NCBI GenBank assembly: GCA_050250895.1 | Contig: JBFWNU010000001.1 | Location: forward strand, 2,022,210-2,086,209 | Length of the DNA: 64,000 nucleotides | Direction: 5' to 3' | Origin: Vulcanimicrobiota bacterium | GTDB taxonomy: Bacteria; Vulcanimicrobiota; Xenobia; Xenobiales; JADMJV01 | Shown: piece by piece, positions 62,529 to 64,000 of the stretch | How the letters are laid out: each line of letters opens with the position of its first letter | Numbering within the stretch: position 1 is the stretch's first letter | Program-made: the position numbers and the translations under genes | The notes under the pieces: generated by a model | Database searches by the model: none | What the model saw: the letters and a program-made list of their open reading frames with translations, nothing else | What the model was told of the DNA's origin: nothing

Positions 62529-64000
62529 ATGGATACAACCCAGGCAAGAATCGAATCGGCAAAGAGCGACCACGCCGAGCCCGATGTCGAAACCTTAGAA
62601 ACTCGAGAATGGCTGGACTCTCTCGACTATGTGTTAGCCCATAGCGGGCCTGAGAGAGTCATCGAGCTAATGGGCCAGCTGCAGGCTCACGCACAGCGCC
62701 ACGGCGTGACCTTCCCCTTCACAGCCAACACCCCGTACATCAACACCATCCCCCCGGACCGCCAGCCGCCCTACCCGGGCAGCCGCGAGATCGAGCGTCG
62801 CATCAAGAGCATCATTCGCTGGAACGCCATGGCCATGGTGGTCAGGGCCAACAAGAACGAGAGCGGCATCGGCGGGCACATCTCGACTTACGCTTCGGCC
62901 GCCACCTTGTATGAGGTCGCCTTTAACCACTTCTTGCGCGGCAAAGACGAAAACGGCGTGGGCGACATGGTCTACTTTCAGGGCCACGCTTCTCCGGGCA
63001 TCTACGCCCGCGCCTTTCTCGAGGGGCGACTCGATCAGGAGCAGCTCGAGAACTTTCGCCGAGAACTCAAGCCGGGCGGACTTTCCTCTTATCCGCATCC
63101 CTGGCTGATGCCCGACTTTTGGGAGTTTCCCACGGTGTCCATGGGTCTGGGGCCGATCATGGCCATCTACCAGGCCCGCTTCAACAAGTATCTGATCAAT
63201 CGTGGCCTGATGCCCGCCAGCGACCGCAAGGTGTGGGCCTTTTTGGGCGACGGCGAGACCGACGAGCCCGAGTGCCTGGGCTCGATGACCCTGGCCTCCC
63301 GCGAGAAGCTCGACAATCTGATCTTCGTGGTTAACTGCAATCTGCAGCGCCTCGACGGTCCGGTGCGCGGCAACGGCAAGATCATCCAAGAACTCGAAGC
63401 GGCCTTCCGCGGCGCCGGATGGAACGTCATCAAGGTCATCTGGGGCCACGATTGGGACGACCTCTACGCCCGCGATAAGGACGACTTGCTGGTCAGACGG
63501 GCCGGCGAGATCGTCGACGGCGAGTATCAGAAGTATGTGGTCGAAGACGGTGCTTACATCCGCGAACACTTCTTCGGCAAAGACCCGCGCCTGCTGGAAC
63601 TGGTCAAACATCTCTCGGATGAGCAGATTCACCGCATGCGGCGCGGCGGCCACGACCCCGAGAAGGTGCACGCCGCCTTCGCGGCGGCTCAGCGGGCCAA
63701 GGGGCCAACCGTCATTCTGGCCAAGACCATCAAAGGTTACGGCCTAGGCGAAGCCGGCGAGGGCCGCAACATCACCCACCAGCAGAAGAAACTCAACGAA
63801 GACGAACTTAGCTTCTTCCGCACTCGCTTTGGCATCCCCATCAGTGATGAAGAGGTGACCAAAGCGCCGTTCTACCGTCCCGCTGACGACAGCCAGGAGA
63901 TGATTTATCTCAAAGAGCGTCGCCAGGCCCTGGGCGGTTCGCTGCCCAAGCGGGTCAACCAGTGCAAGCCGCTCGAGATGCCGAGCGACAAGTGCTTCGA
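62529..64000 (+). CDS. aceE: pyruvate dehydrogenase E1 component (homodimeric AceE type), 5' ~490 codons. The gene continues past the window end.
   Basis: ...TPYINTIPPDRQPPYPGSREIERRIKSIIRWNAMAMVVRANK...GGHISTYASAATLYEVAFNHF...YFQGHASPGIYARAFLEGRL...LSSYPHPWLMPDFWEFPTVSMGLGPIMAIYQARF...FLGDGETDEPE...NLIFVVNCNLQRLDGPVRGNGKIIQELE...WNVIKVIWG... matches AceE nearly block for block. The ORF track does not list it because there is no stop inside the window. Confidence 0.9.
   Translation, partial: MDTTQARIESAKSDHAEPDVETLETREWLDSLDYVLAHSGPERVIELMGQLQAHAQRHGVTFPFTANTPYINTIPPDRQPPYPGSREIERRIKSIIRWNAMAMVVRANKNESGIGGHISTYASAATLYEVAFNHFLRGKDENGVGDMVYFQGHASPGIYARAFLEGRLDQEQLENFRRELKPGGLSSYPHPWLMPDFWEFPTVSMGLGPIMAIYQARFNKYLINRGLMPASDRKVWAFLGDGETDEPECLGSMTLASREKLDNLIFVVNCNLQRLDGPVRGNGKIIQELEAAFRGAGWNVIKVIWGHDWDDLYARDKDDLLVRRAGEIVDGEYQKYVVEDGAYIREHFFGKDPRLLELVKHLSDEQIHRMRRGGHDPEKVHAAFAAAQRAKGPTVILAKTIKGYGLGEAGEGRNITHQQKKLNEDELSFFRTRFGIPISDEEVTKAPFYRPADDSQEMIYLKERRQALGGSLPKRVNQCKPLEMPSDKCF

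Noticed and set aside
62667-63671. 334-aa minus-strand ORF
   Set aside because: It is antisense to the clearly recognisable aceE coding sequence on the plus strand.
1-64000. tRNA, rRNA, ncRNA or mobile elements
   Set aside because: No intergenic region has tRNA-like cloverleaf potential or rRNA-like conservation that I can recognise by eye. No transposase, integrase or terminal inverted repeats are seen.

Overview
High-GC (~65-70%) bacterial chromosomal window. About 60 protein-coding genes are densely packed on both strands. Many starts are TTG or GTG (the ORF track shows these as M). Adjacent genes often overlap by 1-4 nt across a stop and start codon (ATGA, TGATG, TTGA), which is consistent with translational coupling. 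I found no rRNA, tRNA, CRISPR array, transposase or integrase by eye. The content looks like a signalling-rich, probably environmental (Myxococcota- or Acidobacteria-like) organism. It includes two Hanks-type Ser/Thr kinases, an FHA-FHA-adenylate cyclase, a GAF-PAS histidine kinase with an OmpR-family regulator, a degenerate GGDEF protein and a degenerate HD-GYP/SARP regulator. It also includes many TPR and zinc-ribbon proteins and two large membrane proteins with glycosyltransferase-like folds (YfhO, DUF2723). Housekeeping genes are a cyclophilin, an aldo/keto reductase, an aldehyde dehydrogenase, RNase Y, a PHP phosphatase, a sugar ABC transporter, a DAACS symporter, Hsp20 and the 5' end of aceE.

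The most interesting region is a 7-gene operon at 19.1-26.3 kb. It encodes a lipoprotein, a GspF/PilC platform protein, a tandem-FHA class-III adenylate cyclase, a ~600-aa PilX-like beta-helix protein, two minor pseudopilins with an unusual Ala(-1) prepilin site, and a receptor Ser/Thr kinase. It is followed by a second kinase with a zf-TFIIB ribbon and by a member of a three-copy paralogous family whose N-terminus resembles a degenerate GHKL fold. I read this as a candidate pseudopilus apparatus wired into Thr-phosphorylation and cAMP signalling, and it is not a described system as far as I know.

Other candidates are listed here. A protein-glutaminase-like deamidase domain sits on a large N-terminal scaffold next to a leaderless clostripain-like peptidase. 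A cluster of DUF43/BpsA-like, UPF0489-TPR and GNAT genes is followed by a Gly/Cys-rich 130-aa peptide. A thioredoxin-fold gene is split by an in-frame TGA followed by a hairpin, which makes it either a selenoprotein candidate or a pseudogene. A bacterial protein carries a eukaryote-like C2HC zinc finger behind a sigma54-like promoter. A tandem 26-27-nt repeat array with GCGAAGC cores lies upstream of aceE. A near-consensus sigma70 promoter with a leader and a 26-codon upstream ORF precedes the degenerate HD-GYP-TPR-SARP regulator.
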